A DNA stretch of 64,000 bases from an uncultured Acidimicrobiia bacterium (GCA_963704825.1 CAVPHV010000017.1:359325-423324), one strand, 5' to 3'. Shown: positions 25,092 through 36,581, numbered from the stretch's first letter. Program-made: numbers and translations. Notes: generated from the letters alone by a model not told the origin.

Positions 25092-25561
25092 TGGCAGGAG
25101 CATCACAGCCGTCCGGGTTCCTTCTCGGCACTCTGGAGAAGGGCGTGAATTGGGCTCGTACCCGGTCGATGTGGGGCGCCACGTTTGGTCTGGCGTGCTG
25201 CGCCATCGAGATGATGGGGACCGGCGCGTCGCACAACGACCTCGGGCGTTTTGGCATGGAGGTGTGGCGCGCCTCGCCGCGTCAGGCAGATCTCATGGTG
25301 GTGGCAGGACGCGTCTCCCAGAAGATGGCGCCGGTGTTGCGCCAGGTGTACGACCAGATGGCGGAGCCGAAGTGGGTCATCTCGATGGGGGCGTGTGCCT
25401 CGACCGGCGGGATGTTCAACAACTATGCAATCGTCCAAGGGGTCGACGAGGTCGTTCCCGTCGACATCTATGTGCCCGGGTGCCCGCCGGGACCGCAGTC
25501 GCTGATGCACGGCATCTTGACGCTGCACGAAAAAATCATGGCCGGCGAGATCGTTCGGTGA
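25091..25561 (+). CDS. nuoB: NADH-quinone oxidoreductase subunit B.
   Basis: [22 protein letters not shown] and VPGCPP are N2-cluster Cys motifs. Its ATG overlaps the nuoA TGA. Confidence 0.9.
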   Translation: MAGASQPSGFLLGTLEKGVNWARTRSMWGATFGLACCAIEMMGTGASHNDLGRFGMEVWRASPRQADLMVVAGRVSQKMAPVLRQVYDQMAEPKWVISMGACASTGGMFNNYAIVQGVDEVVPVDIYVPGCPPGPQSLMHGILTLHEKIMAGEIVR

Positions 25562-25571
25562 GTGGATTGCG

Positions 25572-26108
25572 ATGACTGACGACACCACCACGGAGCCGGC
25601 AGAGACCGCCGAAGACGCCGACGCCGTAGCTGAGGCCCTGATCGAGGACGCCGCGTTGAGCGCGCTCGACGCAGCCGAACTCGAGGTCGCCGCCGACGGG
25701 AAAACCGTCACCGCCCGGATCGACCGCGAAGGCTACGTGGCGTTGATGACCGCGGCCCGTGACGTGGGGTTCGACACCTTTGTAGATCTCTGTGCCGTCG
25801 ATTACTTCCGGCGCCAACCCCGGTTCGAGGTCGTCGTGATCGTGTTTGCGCTCGAGCAACGCCGCCGGTTGCTCGTGAAGGTCGGGGTTCCGGGCGGCGA
25901 GCCGAGCCTCGATTCACTGACGTCCCTGTGGCCGGGCGCCAACTTCTACGAGCGCGAGGCGTACGACCTCTTCGGCATCCACTTCTCCGGCCACCCAGAT
26001 CTGACCAGGATCCTGCTGCCCGACGATTGGGAGGGCCATCCGCTGCGCAAGGACTACGCGGTTGGATCGGTGCCCGTGCAGTTCAAGGGAGCGCACCAGA
26101 CGCCATGA
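25572..26108 (+). CDS. nuoC: NADH-quinone oxidoreductase subunit C (30-kDa subunit).
   Basis: ERE(A/V)YD(L/M)FGI motif ([20 protein letters not shown]). Confidence 0.85.
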   Translation: MTDDTTTEPAETAEDADAVAEALIEDAALSALDAAELEVAADGKTVTARIDREGYVALMTAARDVGFDTFVDLCAVDYFRRQPRFEVVVIVFALEQRRRLLVKVGVPGGEPSLDSLTSLWPGANFYEREAYDLFGIHFSGHPDLTRILLPDDWEGHPLRKDYAVGSVPVQFKGAHQTP

Positions 26109-27538
26109 GTGACACTCCGAACATCGTTACCGGCGACTTCGAAGCGCCCACCATCGAACCGCCGCCCGAGTCCGGGGCCGCGCCGGGTACGGCGGGCAAG
26201 CAGCGGCGTGAGATCCACGACGTCTGGATTGCAGGCACCGAAGAGCCCCGGGTGGCCCAATCGACCGACGAGGGCGCGCAGGAATTGCTGCCGGCCGGCC
26301 AGGAGCCAGCTGCTGCGGTCCAGCGCGGGACCGTGGTCGATGACGACTATCTCTTTGGGTACGACTCGGACCAGGAAGAGCGCCAGATCATCAACATGGG
26401 CCCACAGCACCCGTCGACCCACGGGGTCCTTCGGCTGCAAATGGAGCTCGAGGGTGAGACTATCTGCCGGGTCAAGCCGATCATCGGCTACCTCCACACC
26501 GGGATGGAGAAGACGGCTGAGACCCTCACCTGGCTCCAAGGTCCGACCAACGTGACCCGGATGGACTACCTGTCGCCGTTCTTCAACGAGTTGGCATTCT
26601 CCATGGCGGCCGAGGACCTGCTCGGCGTCGATATCCCGGCTCGGGGTCAGGCAATCCGGATCCTGATGACCGAGCTGAACCGGATTTCGAGCCACCTGAT
26701 CTGGCTGTCGACCCAGGGCATGGACATCGGGGCCCTTTCGCTCATGCTGTATGGCTGGCGGGAGCGTGAGTTGCTGCTTGCCTTCTTCGAGAAGACAACC
26801 GGACTGCGGATGAACCACAACTACATCCGACCCGGCGGCGTCGCCGCCGACCTGCCCGACGGCTGGGAGGACGACGTCGAAGAGATCCTCGCGGTCATCC
26901 CGAAGGCCATGGAGGAGTACGACGAACTGATCGCCGCGAACCCGATCTTCCTGGACCGTACCCAGGGCATCGGTGTGCTCACCATGGAGGAATGCAAGGC
27001 GTACGGCGTCACCGGGCCGATTGCTCGGGCGTCGGGGATCGCAGTCGATCTGCGCAAGATCTTCCCTTACAGCGGCATCGAGCAGTACGAGTTCGATGTA
27101 CCGGTCGGCAAGACCGGTGACACCTACGACCGCTATCTCGTCCGGATGGAGGAAATGCGTCAGTCGTTGCGCATCGTGCGTCAGGTACTCGAGACGATGC
27201 CGGCTGGTGACTACCGCACCGAGGACCGCAAGGTCACTCCGCCGCCCCGCAAGCGGATCGATGAGTCGATGGAAGCGCTCATCCACCACTTCAAGATCTT
27301 CACCTCAGGGTTCAAGGTGCCGGCCGGCGACGTCTACCGCGCCGTCGAGTCGCCGCGTGGCGAGCTCGGCATGTACATCGTCTCGACCGGGGGTACCCGG
27401 CCGTGGCGGGTCCACGCCCGGGCGCCTTCCTTCAACCATGTCCAAGCGCTGCCGGCGATGATGACCGATTCGCTGGTGGCCGACATCATCGCCACGCTTG
27501 CCAGCGTCGACCCGGTGTTGGGGGACGTCGACCGATGA
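26105..27538 (+). CDS. nuoD: NADH-quinone oxidoreductase subunit D (49-kDa), with a roughly 70-aa N-terminal extension.
   Basis: [16 protein letters not shown] and the C-terminal ...[20 protein letters not shown] overlap with nuoC. Confidence 0.9.
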   Translation: MSDTPNIVTGDFEAPTIEPPPESGAAPGTAGKQRREIHDVWIAGTEEPRVAQSTDEGAQELLPAGQEPAAAVQRGTVVDDDYLFGYDSDQEERQIINMGPQHPSTHGVLRLQMELEGETICRVKPIIGYLHTGMEKTAETLTWLQGPTNVTRMDYLSPFFNELAFSMAAEDLLGVDIPARGQAIRILMTELNRISSHLIWLSTQGMDIGALSLMLYGWRERELLLAFFEKTTGLRMNHNYIRPGGVAADLPDGWEDDVEEILAVIPKAMEEYDELIAANPIFLDRTQGIGVLTMEECKAYGVTGPIARASGIAVDLRKIFPYSGIEQYEFDVPVGKTGDTYDRYLVRMEEMRQSLRIVRQVLETMPAGDYRTEDRKVTPPPRKRIDESMEALIHHFKIFTSGFKVPAGDVYRAVESPRGELGMYIVSTGGTRPWRVHARAPSFNHVQALPAMMTDSLVADIIATLASVDPVLGDVDR

Positions 27539-28164
27539 CACATCCCACCGCGCCGTGGAGCGGACCGAACCAGGAACGGGCCAAGCGTCTGCTCGAGCTG
27601 TATCCCGACTCGCGCTCGGCCGTGATGCCGTTGCTGTACGTGGGCTCGCTCGAACACGGCTCCGTCACCGACGCTGTGATGCGTGAAGTCGCAGAGATGA
27701 CCGGCCTGACCGCGGCACAGGTGCAATCGGTGGCGAGCTTCTACACGATGTATAGGCGCAACGGCGTCGGCCGCTATCTCATCTCGGTGTGCAGTTCGAT
27801 CTCGTGCTTCCTGCTCGGCGCCGACGACGTGCTGGCTGCGGTCGAGGCAGAGAGCGCCGTCCCCGATGGCGAGACCGGCGAGGACGGCATGTTCTCGGTC
27901 GAGCATGTCGAATGCATCGGTGCCTGCGGTGGGGCCCCGGCGGTTCAGGTCAACTACGAATTGATCGAAGGCGTTACCCCGGAGAAGGGTGCGGAGTTGT
28001 GCCGCTGGCTGCGCGACAGCAAGCCTGGCGTGGTCGGTGGCGACGAACTGCAGCAGCTCTTCGGCGGCCGCCGATCCTTCGAGTGGGGACCTATCGAGCC
28101 AGAAGGAGCGGTGCTCGCCGCGCCGGCGTTCGACCCATACGGCACGGCGGAGGAGGCGCGATGA
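27535..28164 (+). CDS. nuoE: NADH-quinone oxidoreductase subunit E (24-kDa, [2Fe-2S]).
   Basis: CSSISCFLLGADDV...VECIGACGGAPAVQVN has the four Cys of the thioredoxin-like [2Fe-2S] site. ATGA overlap with nuoD. Confidence 0.9.
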   Translation: MTHPTAPWSGPNQERAKRLLELYPDSRSAVMPLLYVGSLEHGSVTDAVMREVAEMTGLTAAQVQSVASFYTMYRRNGVGRYLISVCSSISCFLLGADDVLAAVEAESAVPDGETGEDGMFSVEHVECIGACGGAPAVQVNYELIEGVTPEKGAELCRWLRDSKPGVVGGDELQQLFGGRRSFEWGPIEPEGAVLAAPAFDPYGTAEEAR

Positions 28165-29474
28165 CCACCCGCATCCTCACCACCCGAATGGACGAGTACC
28201 CCACAGACTCGAACACCCTCGGGCGCTATCGCGGGACCGGCGGCTACGTGGCGCTCGAGAAGGCTCTGGGCACGATGACGCCCGACGAGGTCAAGGAGAC
28301 GGTCAAGGCGTCCAATATCCGCGGTCGCGGCGGCGCCAACTTCCCGACCGGGATCAAGTGGGGCTTTCTCCCGCCGACCAAGCCCCGCTATCTGGTGATC
28401 AACGGCGACGAGTCCGAGCCGGGTACCTTCAAGGACCGCCAGTTGCTCGAACGTGACCCGCACCAATTGGTCGAGGGCATCATCCTCTCCGCTTTTGCCC
28501 TCGAGGTCCACCACGCCTTCATCTACATCCGTGGTGAGTACCCGAAGCCCGCCCGCCGGGTGCAGCGGGCCATCGACGAGGCCTACGAAGCCGGCTTCCT
28601 CGGCACCAACATTCTCGGCAGCGGGTTTGATCTGGAGATCACGGTTCACCTCGGCGCCGGCGCGTACATCTGCGGAGAGGAGACGGCACTGCTCAATTCG
28701 CTCGAAGGCCGCCGTGGCGAACCTCGCATCAAGCCACCCTTCCCTGCCGTTGAGGGCCTCTACGCCCGTCCGACCATCGTCAACAACGTCGAAACACTGT
28801 CCGACATCCCCTGGATCGTGGCCAACGGTGGCCCGGCCTACGCCGCCATCGGGCCGGCTACCTCGGCAGGGACGCGGATGTTCTCAATGTCGGGACACAT
28901 CAACAAGCCGGGCAACTACGAGCTGGTGATGGGGATGACGTGGCAAGACCTCATCTTCGATATCTGCGGTGGCATCCGCGATGGCAACGAGCTGAAGTGC
29001 TGGATTCCGGGCGGGGCTTCGGCTCCCTGGTTTGTTCCCGACCTGCACCTCGACACGCCGCTGACCATCGACGACGTGGGCAAGAACGGTTCCATGCTTG
29101 GATCGGGCGCCGTCATTGTCATGGACGAAACCACCAACGTCGTGGCTGCGGCGCACCGGATCGTGCGCTTCTTCGCCCACGAGTCGTGTGGCCAGTGCAC
29201 CCCGTGCCGCGAAGGCACCACTTGGATGGAGCAGATCCTGTGGCGAATTCTCAACGGCCACGGCCGCCCGGCGGACCTCGACCTCCTCCTCGACGTTTCC
29301 GACAACATCAGCCCGGGATTGCGGTGGCCGCCGGCGCAGACGACGATCTGCCCTCTTGGTCCATCCGCGGTGTCGCCCATTCGGTCGATCATGACCTACT
29401 TCCGCGATGAGGTGGAGTCGATGGCGGCCGCGAGCGCCGAGCTCGCCGACGAGGAAGGGGTGCCGGTTGGCTGA
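28161..29474 (+). CDS. nuoF: NADH-quinone oxidoreductase subunit F (51-kDa; FMN, NADH and N3 [4Fe-4S]).
   Basis: GRGGANFPTG (FMN), ICGEETALLNSLEG and ESCGQCTPCREGT (N3 cluster). ATGA overlap with nuoE. Confidence 0.9.
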   Translation: MTTRILTTRMDEYPTDSNTLGRYRGTGGYVALEKALGTMTPDEVKETVKASNIRGRGGANFPTGIKWGFLPPTKPRYLVINGDESEPGTFKDRQLLERDPHQLVEGIILSAFALEVHHAFIYIRGEYPKPARRVQRAIDEAYEAGFLGTNILGSGFDLEITVHLGAGAYICGEETALLNSLEGRRGEPRIKPPFPAVEGLYARPTIVNNVETLSDIPWIVANGGPAYAAIGPATSAGTRMFSMSGHINKPGNYELVMGMTWQDLIFDICGGIRDGNELKCWIPGGASAPWFVPDLHLDTPLTIDDVGKNGSMLGSGAVIVMDETTNVVAAAHRIVRFFAHESCGQCTPCREGTTWMEQILWRILNGHGRPADLDLLLDVSDNISPGLRWPPAQTTICPLGPSAVSPIRSIMTYFRDEVESMAAASAELADEEGVPVG

Positions 29475-31920
29475 GCAGCCCGAAGCGGTGACGATCACGA
29501 TCGACGGCGTTGCCCGTGAGGTTCCCGCCGGCCAACTGGTGATTGCCGCGGCGCAGGCCGGCGGCACGTACATCCCGCGCTTCTGCTGGCACCCCAGGAT
29601 GAAGCCGGTTGGGATGTGCCGGATGTGCCTGGTCGAAATCGACACCCCACGGGGCAAGATGCTCACCACGTCGTGCACGACGCCAGTCGCCGACGGTATG
29701 GCGGTCGACACCGAGTCCGAGGTCGTGCAGAAGGCTCAAGAAGGCATCCTCGAGTTCCTCCTCATCAACCACCCGCTCGATTGCCCGGTTTGTGACCGCG
29801 GCGGCGAATGCCCCCTCCAGGACCAGACCGTGGCGTACGGGCCGGGCGAGAGCCGGTTCGTCGAGGAGAAGCGCCACTACCAAAAACCCATCGAAATCTC
29901 GGATCTCGTGCTGCTCGATCGGGAGCGCTGCATCCTGTGCGCTCGATGCACGCGTTTCAGCGACGAGATCTCCGGCGACCCTTTGATCGAATTCAAAGAC
30001 CGCGGCAGCTACACCCAGGTGATCACGTTTCCCGGCGAGCCGTTTGTGTCCTACTTCTCGGGCAACACGGTGCAGATCTGCCCGGTTGGGGCGCTGACTG
30101 CCAAGCCGTACCGCTTCCGGGCCCGCCCCTGGGACCTCGAGGCGGTTGAGAGCGTCTCGCCGGTCGATTCGTTTGGATCGAAGGTCTCGGTGCAGTCGAG
30201 CCAGAACGAGATCGTGAGGATCAACGGCGTCGACAACGACGCAACCAACCAGAGCTGGCTATCGGACAAAGATCGATTCGCCTTCCAGTACCTCCAGTCC
30301 GCGGAACGGGTCACCGAACCGTTGATTCGCGACGGTGACGGATTCCGCGCCGCGTCGTGGGGTGAGGCGCTCGAACTGGTCTCCGAGCAACTCAGTGCGT
30401 TGATCGGGACCGAGATCGCCGGTCTCGGCGGCGCCCGCAACACCAATGAAGAGGTCTTTGCGTTCCAGAAGTTCCTCAGGACCGAGATCGTCACCCCGCA
30501 CCTCGACGCCCAACTCGACGACGGACTCGACCACGAACTGATGGCCGGGATCAGCCCGCGGGCCACCGTCGATGACTTGGAGAAGGCTCGGACCGTTCTG
30601 CTGTGGGCCGGCGACCTCAAGGAGGAGTTGCCGGTGCTGTATCTGCGGGTGCGACGAGCGGCGACGGCGCTGGGCGCCAACCTGATCGTGGTGCATCCCC
30701 GGGCGACGGGTCTCGACGATGTTGCGGCTCACAAGATCACCTACAAGCCCGGAGAGGGCCCCGACATTCTGCGCAAGTTGGCCGCGGGAGCGGTTGGTGA
30801 TGGTGACTTCCATGCCGCTCGCCAACTGCTCGAGGATGGGCCGGTGGTTGTCCTCTGTGGACGCACCGGGCTCACCGAGGATCCCCGCCTGGCCGAGGCG
30901 GTCGCCGCCTTCGCCGGAACCCTTCCCGACGCCACCGTGCTGCCGGTGGTGCGGCGCGGCAACGTGTTCGGCGCCATCGACATGGGAATGGCGCCCACCC
31001 TGCTGCCGGGTCGGGTACCCACCACCAACACCGCCGGCCGCACCGCTCTCGAAGACCGCTGGGGACCGATCCCGGAGGGAATCGGCTACGACGCAGCCGG
31101 CATCCTCGAGGCGCTCGCCGCCGGCGAACTCAAGGCACTGGTCATGCTCGGTGTCGATCCCGTCCGTGACTTCCCTCGGCCCCGACTGGCTCGGGCCGCG
31201 CTGGAAGCCGCCGAGTTTGTCGTCGCCTTCGATCTCTTCCTCAGCCATTCGTCCCGTCTCGCCGACGTGGTGTTGCCCGTCGCGGGGTTCGCTGAGGTGG
31301 AGGGCACCGTGACCAACCTCGAGGGGAGGGTGCAGAAGGTCAACCGCCTCACCCCTCGCCCCGGGCAGGCTCGCCCCGTCTGGTCGGTGCTCGAAGACCT
31401 CGCCCGCCGCATGGGCGGCGCACTCGGGGCGTTGTCGGCTGAGACACTCTCCAAGGAGATCGCCGCGGTCGCCCCTGCCTACCGGGGGGTCACCTGGGAT
31501 CTGCTCGACTGGGGCGAGGGTCGCGAAGGACTGGTCGTGCCGCTCGCGGAGGGTGAGCAGGTGTTGGCGTACGAGCCGGTTGATGCCGGGCTGCGGGCGT
31601 CGACCAGCCGCTTGACGCTGCACCTCGGCCGAGTGCTCTACGACGACGGGATGATGACCCGCATGAGCCCGGCGATTGCCGGCCTCATGCCGGATGCCCG
31701 GGTGTATTTGCATCCCCGCGACGCCGGTTCGCTCGCCGTCGGTCCCGGTCAGCGTGCCGAGGTTTCCGGTGATGAAGGCACGGTGACGCTCGAGGTCGGG
31801 ATCGACCCAACGCTGGCGGTCGGCGCGGTGTACGTGCCGTTCAACCTTCCGGCCACGGCCGACCTCGGTATCTCCGATGCAGTCAAGATCACTCCGTTGC
31901 GAACGGAGGGCGGGGCCTGA
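29467..31920 (+). CDS. nuoG: NADH-quinone oxidoreductase subunit G (75-kDa).
   Basis: VTITIDG...IPRFCWHPRMKPVGMCRMCLVEI ([2Fe-2S]); HPLDCPVCDRGGECPLQD; RCILCARCTRF. Start uncertain: TTG 29467 overlaps nuoF by 8 nt, GTG 29488 is the alternative. The ORF-track ATG 29407 is unlikely because it overlaps nuoF by 68 nt. Confidence 0.85.
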   Translation: MAEQPEAVTITIDGVAREVPAGQLVIAAAQAGGTYIPRFCWHPRMKPVGMCRMCLVEIDTPRGKMLTTSCTTPVADGMAVDTESEVVQKAQEGILEFLLINHPLDCPVCDRGGECPLQDQTVAYGPGESRFVEEKRHYQKPIEISDLVLLDRERCILCARCTRFSDEISGDPLIEFKDRGSYTQVITFPGEPFVSYFSGNTVQICPVGALTAKPYRFRARPWDLEAVESVSPVDSFGSKVSVQSSQNEIVRINGVDNDATNQSWLSDKDRFAFQYLQSAERVTEPLIRDGDGFRAASWGEALELVSEQLSALIGTEIAGLGGARNTNEEVFAFQKFLRTEIVTPHLDAQLDDGLDHELMAGISPRATVDDLEKARTVLLWAGDLKEELPVLYLRVRRAATALGANLIVVHPRATGLDDVAAHKITYKPGEGPDILRKLAAGAVGDGDFHAARQLLEDGPVVVLCGRTGLTEDPRLAEAVAAFAGTLPDATVLPVVRRGNVFGAIDMGMAPTLLPGRVPTTNTAGRTALEDRWGPIPEGIGYDAAGILEALAAGELKALVMLGVDPVRDFPRPRLARAALEAAEFVVAFDLFLSHSSRLADVVLPVAGFAEVEGTVTNLEGRVQKVNRLTPRPGQARPVWSVLEDLARRMGGALGALSAETLSKEIAAVAPAYRGVTWDLLDWGEGREGLVVPLAEGEQVLAYEPVDAGLRASTSRLTLHLGRVLYDDGMMTRMSPAIAGLMPDARVYLHPRDAGSLAVGPGQRAEVSGDEGTVTLEVGIDPTLAVGAVYVPFNLPATADLGISDAVKITPLRTEGGA

Positions 31921-32975
31921 TGTTGAGCGGTTGGGAGATCTTCCTCGAGGCAGCGATCAAGGTGGTCGCCATCTTCATCATGCTCCTGGTGACGGTGATC
32001 ATGCTCGTGTGGATCGAGCGCAAGATCGTCGCCGACATGCAGAACCGGATCGGCCCCAGCCGGGCCGGGCCCTTTGGCATCCTGCAGACCGTGGCCGACG
32101 GTACCAAGCTGTTGTTCAAGGAGTCGATGACGCCGCGCAAGGTCGATTTCCCGCTCTACATCATCGCCCCGATCGCGGCGCTGGTCCCGGCGTTGCTGAT
32201 CTTCCTCGTCGTCCCGATTGGGCGCCCGTTCTACATCGGTGACCGGCTGATCACCTTGCAGGGCACCGACCTCAACATCGCGGTGCTCTACGTGCTCGCC
32301 CTGTCGTCGCTGGCGGTGTACGCCGTCGTGCTCGCCGGGTGGTCGTCGGGTTCCAAGTACCCGTTGCTCGGTTCGGTCCGGGCCTCGGCCCAGATGATCT
32401 CGTATGAAGCTGCAATGGGGCTGGCGCTGGTTCCCGTCATCATCTTCACCGGCACCACGTCGATGTCGGGCATCGTGGAATCCCAGGCGGGTGATTGGCT
32501 CGGCTTCCTCGGCGTGTGGAACGTCGTGTTGATCCCGTCGTTTGTGGTGTTCTTCGTCGCCGGCGTCGCCGAAACCAACCGGGCTCCATTCGACTTGGTC
32601 GAAGCCGAGTCAGAGATCGTCGGTGGGTATCACACCGAGTACAGCGGCTTCCGCTTCGCGTTGTTCTTCCTCGCCGAGTACATCAACATCTTCAACATCT
32701 CGGCGCTGACGGTGACGATCTTCCTGGGCGGCTGGGCGGGCCCCGACTTCGGCACCCCGGCGGCCATCTCGTGGATCTTCCCGATCTTCTGGTTCTTCTT
32801 CAAGACGCTCGGCCTCGTGTTTGTGTTCGTGTGGATTCGGGCTTCGCTGCCTCGGATGCGATACGACCAGCTGATGGCCTTCGGGTGGAAGCGGATGATC
32901 CCGCTGTCGCTGATTTGGATTGTGTTGTCGACGCTGGCCATCGGTGTACGCCGATTTGGCCTGCCGTGGTCGTGA
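31920..32975 (+). CDS. nuoH: NADH-quinone oxidoreductase subunit H.
   Basis: WIERKIVADMQNRIGPSRAGPFGILQ... and GWSSGSKYPLLGSVRASAQMISYE. Overlaps the nuoG stop. Confidence 0.9.
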   Translation: MLSGWEIFLEAAIKVVAIFIMLLVTVIMLVWIERKIVADMQNRIGPSRAGPFGILQTVADGTKLLFKESMTPRKVDFPLYIIAPIAALVPALLIFLVVPIGRPFYIGDRLITLQGTDLNIAVLYVLALSSLAVYAVVLAGWSSGSKYPLLGSVRASAQMISYEAAMGLALVPVIIFTGTTSMSGIVESQAGDWLGFLGVWNVVLIPSFVVFFVAGVAETNRAPFDLVEAESEIVGGYHTEYSGFRFALFFLAEYINIFNISALTVTIFLGGWAGPDFGTPAAISWIFPIFWFFFKTLGLVFVFVWIRASLPRMRYDQLMAFGWKRMIPLSLIWIVLSTLAIGVRRFGLPWS

Positions 32976-32985
32976 GGGGATAGCG

Positions 32986-33753
32986 ATGGGCTGGTTCTCC
33001 GACATGCTGGGGCCCTTCTCAGGGTTTGCCACGACGTTCCGCCAGATGTTCAAACCACGGGTGACGATTCAGTACCCCAAAGAGATGCGCACCAAACCGC
33101 AGCGCTTCCACGGCCGCCACGTGCTCAATCGGTACTCCGACGGCATGGAGAAGTGCATTGGTTGCGAGCTGTGCGCCGGGGTGTGTCCGGCCCGCTGTAT
33201 CTATGTGCGGGGGGCCGACAATCCGCCGGACAATCCGGTCAGCCCGGGCGAGCGCTTCGGCTTCGTCTACGAGATCAACATGTTGCGCTGCATCTTCTGC
33301 GGCCTGTGCGTCGAGGCTTGCCCGACCGAGGCGATCACGATGACCCACCTCTTCGAGATGAGCGTCACCGACCGCGACGACGCCATCTACACCAAGGACG
33401 AACTGCTGGTCGACGTCGACGGGACACCACGCCATCCCCAACCGGACGGTCCGTTGATCGACATCGGTGAGTTGAAGCTCGGTGACGGCTGGATGCGGGC
33501 GACCGCACCGTCGGGCCGGGCCGCCTACGAAGGCGTGGTGGCCTGGACCGCGTCGGCCACCGCAGGGCTCCGACCACCCGAGCGGGGCCAGAGCGGAGAT
33601 CACGAACCGGTGCTGCTTGATCCCGAGAAGCCCGATGCGACTCCCCAAGCCACGTCTGAGGAACCGCCGGCCGTTGCGGATGCGGCGAAAGAGGCCGCAG
33701 CAGACGGACCCGAAGCCGGGCCGGAAGCGGTCACGGAGGAAGAGTCTTCGTGA
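32986..33753 (+). CDS. nuoI: NADH-quinone oxidoreductase subunit I (2x[4Fe-4S]) with an acidic, Pro/Ala-rich C-terminal tail of about 100 aa.
   Basis: CIGCELCAGVCP and CIFCGLCVEACP. Start at internal ATG (MGWFSDMLGPF), which is preceded by a GAGGGGA SD. Confidence 0.85.
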   Translation: MGWFSDMLGPFSGFATTFRQMFKPRVTIQYPKEMRTKPQRFHGRHVLNRYSDGMEKCIGCELCAGVCPARCIYVRGADNPPDNPVSPGERFGFVYEINMLRCIFCGLCVEACPTEAITMTHLFEMSVTDRDDAIYTKDELLVDVDGTPRHPQPDGPLIDIGELKLGDGWMRATAPSGRAAYEGVVAWTASATAGLRPPERGQSGDHEPVLLDPEKPDATPQATSEEPPAVADAAKEAAADGPEAGPEAVTEEESS

Positions 33754-34394
33754 ACGCCGAACTCGTCGTATTCGTCATCTTCGCCATAGCGGCCCTGGCC
33801 GGGGCGTTTGTCCTCGTTTTGGCGCGCAACCCGGTTTACTCGGCAATGGGTTTGCTGATGACGATGTGCTCGATGGCGGTGTTCTACATCCTCAACGAAG
33901 CACCGTTCATCGCTGCCGTCCAGGTGCTGATCTATGCCGGGGCGGTGATGACGCTGTTCCTGTTTGTGATCATGTTCATCGGCGTCGACAAATCGTTCGA
34001 TCCCACGGAGACGATTCCGTTCCAGCGTCCCATCGCGATCGTGCTTGGTGTCGGGCTCTTCATTCTGGTGGCGCTGGGCGCCCAGGGAGTCTGGGTCACC
34101 GGGCAGTCACTGTTCGCCGGCGAGGCGCTCGGCACCATCGAGAACGTGTCAGATGAGCTATTCGGCAACTGGCTGCTGCCCTTCGAGGCCACCGTGCTGT
34201 TGCTGACCATCGCCGCGGTCGGGACCGTGGCGCTGGCCCGATTTGAGATCTCGGAGCCTCGGCCGGTCGTTGCAGCCGTCACAGTGGACGAAGAGGATGC
34301 GGCGGAGCCTCAGCCCGAAGACGCCTCTGCACCGCCTGAGGATTCGCCGGCCGCGTCGACGGACGATGCGCCATCAGCAGGGGAGGAGAGCTGA
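33750..34394 (+). CDS. nuoJ: NADH-quinone oxidoreductase subunit J, GTG start overlapping the nuoI stop.
   Basis: [50 protein letters not shown]. Confidence 0.85.
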   Translation: MNAELVVFVIFAIAALAGAFVLVLARNPVYSAMGLLMTMCSMAVFYILNEAPFIAAVQVLIYAGAVMTLFLFVIMFIGVDKSFDPTETIPFQRPIAIVLGVGLFILVALGAQGVWVTGQSLFAGEALGTIENVSDELFGNWLLPFEATVLLLTIAAVGTVALARFEISEPRPVVAAVTVDEEDAAEPQPEDASAPPEDSPAASTDDAPSAGEES

Positions 34395-34699
34395 TGGAAG
34401 TCACCGCAGGCTGGTACATGCTCCTTGCTGCGGGGCTTTTCGCCATTGGCGCCATCGGGCTGCTGGTGCGACGCAACGCGCTGGTCATGTTCATGTCGAT
34501 CGAGCTGATGCTGAACTCGGTCAACCTCACCTTTGTCGCCGCCGGGCGGGAGTTGGGCCTGCTCGAAGGCCAGCTCGCGGTCCTCTTCGTCATGGTGGTC
34601 GCCGCGGCTGAGGTGACCGTCGGCCTGGCCATCATCGTTGCCGTGTTCCGCTATCGGAGCTCAGCCGATGTCGACGATCTCGCGGAGCTGAAGGGGTAG
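34394..34699 (+). CDS. nuoK: NADH-quinone oxidoreductase subunit K.
   Basis: 101 aa, 3 TM, conserved [18 protein letters not shown]. Overlaps the nuoJ stop. Confidence 0.9.
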   Translation: MEVTAGWYMLLAAGLFAIGAIGLLVRRNALVMFMSIELMLNSVNLTFVAAGRELGLLEGQLAVLFVMVVAAAEVTVGLAIIVAVFRYRSSADVDDLAELKG

Positions 34700-34701
34700 C
34701 C

Positions 34702-36581
34702 ATGGTGTCCGCGATCTGGCTCGTCATCGCCCTCCCCCTCGCCGGGGCCGCCTTCCTGCTGCTGTTCGGCAAACGGATCCGTGAACCCTGGCCCGGCTGG
34801 ATCGCCAGCGCAACGATGGGTGCTGCCTTCGTGGTTGGCGTGGCGGCGACTTCCGGGTTCGTCGACGGGTCGCCAGCATCCGGAGACGGTCGGATTGTTC
34901 GAGTGGATTCCCGGACTCGGGCGTCAATGCCAGCATTCTGTGGGATCCGCTCTCGGCGACGATGGTGCTGATTGTCACCGGGGTCGGTGCCCTGATCCAC
35001 GTCTACTCGATCGGCTACATGCACGGCGACCCCGGGTACGGTCGCTATTTCGCCTACCTCAACCTGTTTGCCGCCTCGATGCTGGTGCTGGTCCTAGCCG
35101 ACAACTACGGCTTCCTGTTCCTCGGGTGGGAGTTGGTCGGGCTCTGCTCCTACCTTCTGATCTCGTTCTGGTTCGAGAAGCCGTCGGCGGCGGCCGCCGG
35201 CAAGAAGGCGTTTGTGGTCAACCGGATCGGCGATTTCGGATTCATCATCGCGATGATGCTCATGTTCGCCACCTTCGGCACCCTGTCCTATGTCACCGTG
35301 TTCGCCGAGGCGCCGATCCTGCTCACCGAAGGGACCGCCACCGCCATCACCCTGCTGTTGCTGGTCGGCGCCGCGGGCAAGTCGGCTCAGTTGCCACTCT
35401 ATGTGTGGCTGCCCGACGCGATGGAGGGCCCCACCCCGGTATCGGCCCTCATCCACGCCGCGACCATGGTGACCGCAGGGGTCTATCTCGTTGCTCGCTC
35501 CGGAGCCCTGTTCCAGCTGGCGCCGTTCTCAGCGGGCACGGTCGCCACCGTTGGCGCCCTCACCGCGGTGTTCGCCGCAGTCATCGCCATCGGCCAGAAG
35601 GACATCAAGCGGGTCCTCGCCTACTCGACGATCAGCCAGCTCGGCTACATGTTCATGGGCGTCGGCGCCGGGGCCTACGTGGCCGGAGTCTTCCACCTGA
35701 TGACCCACGCTTTCTTCAAGGCACTGTTGTTCATGGGTGCCGGCTCGGTGATCCACGCCATGCGCGGCGAGCAGAACATGGAGAAGATGGGCGGGCTGCG
35801 CAAGGCGATGCCGTGGACGTTCATCACAATGGTGATTGCCTGGCTCGCCATCATCGGCATCCCTCCGTTCGCCGGGTTCTGGTCCAAGGACGAGATCCTG
35901 GCGTTCACCTTCGAAAAGGGCGGCGGCTTCCTGGCGCTGTGGGTGATCGGCCTGATCACGGCCGGGCTCACCGCCTTCTACATGAGCCGGATGATGTTCC
36001 TGACCTTCTGGGGAAAGCAGCGTTGGGCCGAGGGCGAAGATCCTCACGAGTCGCCCGTCACGATGGTGGTCCCGTTGGTGGCACTCGCCGGCCTCACCGT
36101 TGTCGGCGGTCTGATCAACACCCCGTTCCGGCTCAGCTTGGAGCACTTCCTCGAGCCCGCCTTCGAACAGTTCGCTGTCATCCTGCCCGGCGAAGGGTCG
36201 TTGGCCGAGATCACGCTGCTGGCTCTGGTGGTGCTGGCGGTCGTGGTGGTTGGTGCGGTGTGGGCCTACTTGCGGTATCTACGCGGTGAGGTTCCCGCCG
36301 AGACCGGGGTTGCCTGGGATCGGCTCGAGAACGGCTTCTATGTCGACGACTTCTACGGCAAGACCATCGTGTTGCCCGGCAAGAAGGTGGCCGAGGTTGC
36401 TGCGTTCGATGTGGACACCAAGGTCATCGACGGCGCGGTGAACGGTGCCGGCCGCGGCATCAAGGGCGCTTCGGAACGGCTCCGGCCGCTGCAGACCGGC
36501 TTGGTCCGCAGCTACGCCGCCGGGATCCTGTTGGGAGCCGTCGGCTTGCTGATCTGGCTGCTGGCGAGGGGGGCCTTCTAA
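34702..36581 (+). pseudogene. nuoL: nuoL (NADH-quinone oxidoreductase subunit L) interrupted by two +1 frameshifts about 45 nt apart near codons 58-75. The alternatives are a genuine pseudogene or local sequencing/assembly indels.
   Basis: NuoL N-terminus MVSAIWLVIALPLAGAAFLLLFGKRIREPWPGWIASATMGAAFVVGVAATSGFVDGSP is in frame 1 (ORF 34702..34971). HPETVGLFEWIPGLG is only in frame 2 (inside ORF 34781..). VNASILWDPLSATMVLIVTGVGALIHVYSIGYMHGD and the remaining 530 aa are in frame 3 (ORF 34962..36581). Extra nucleotides sit near 34876 and 34922. Confidence 0.7.
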
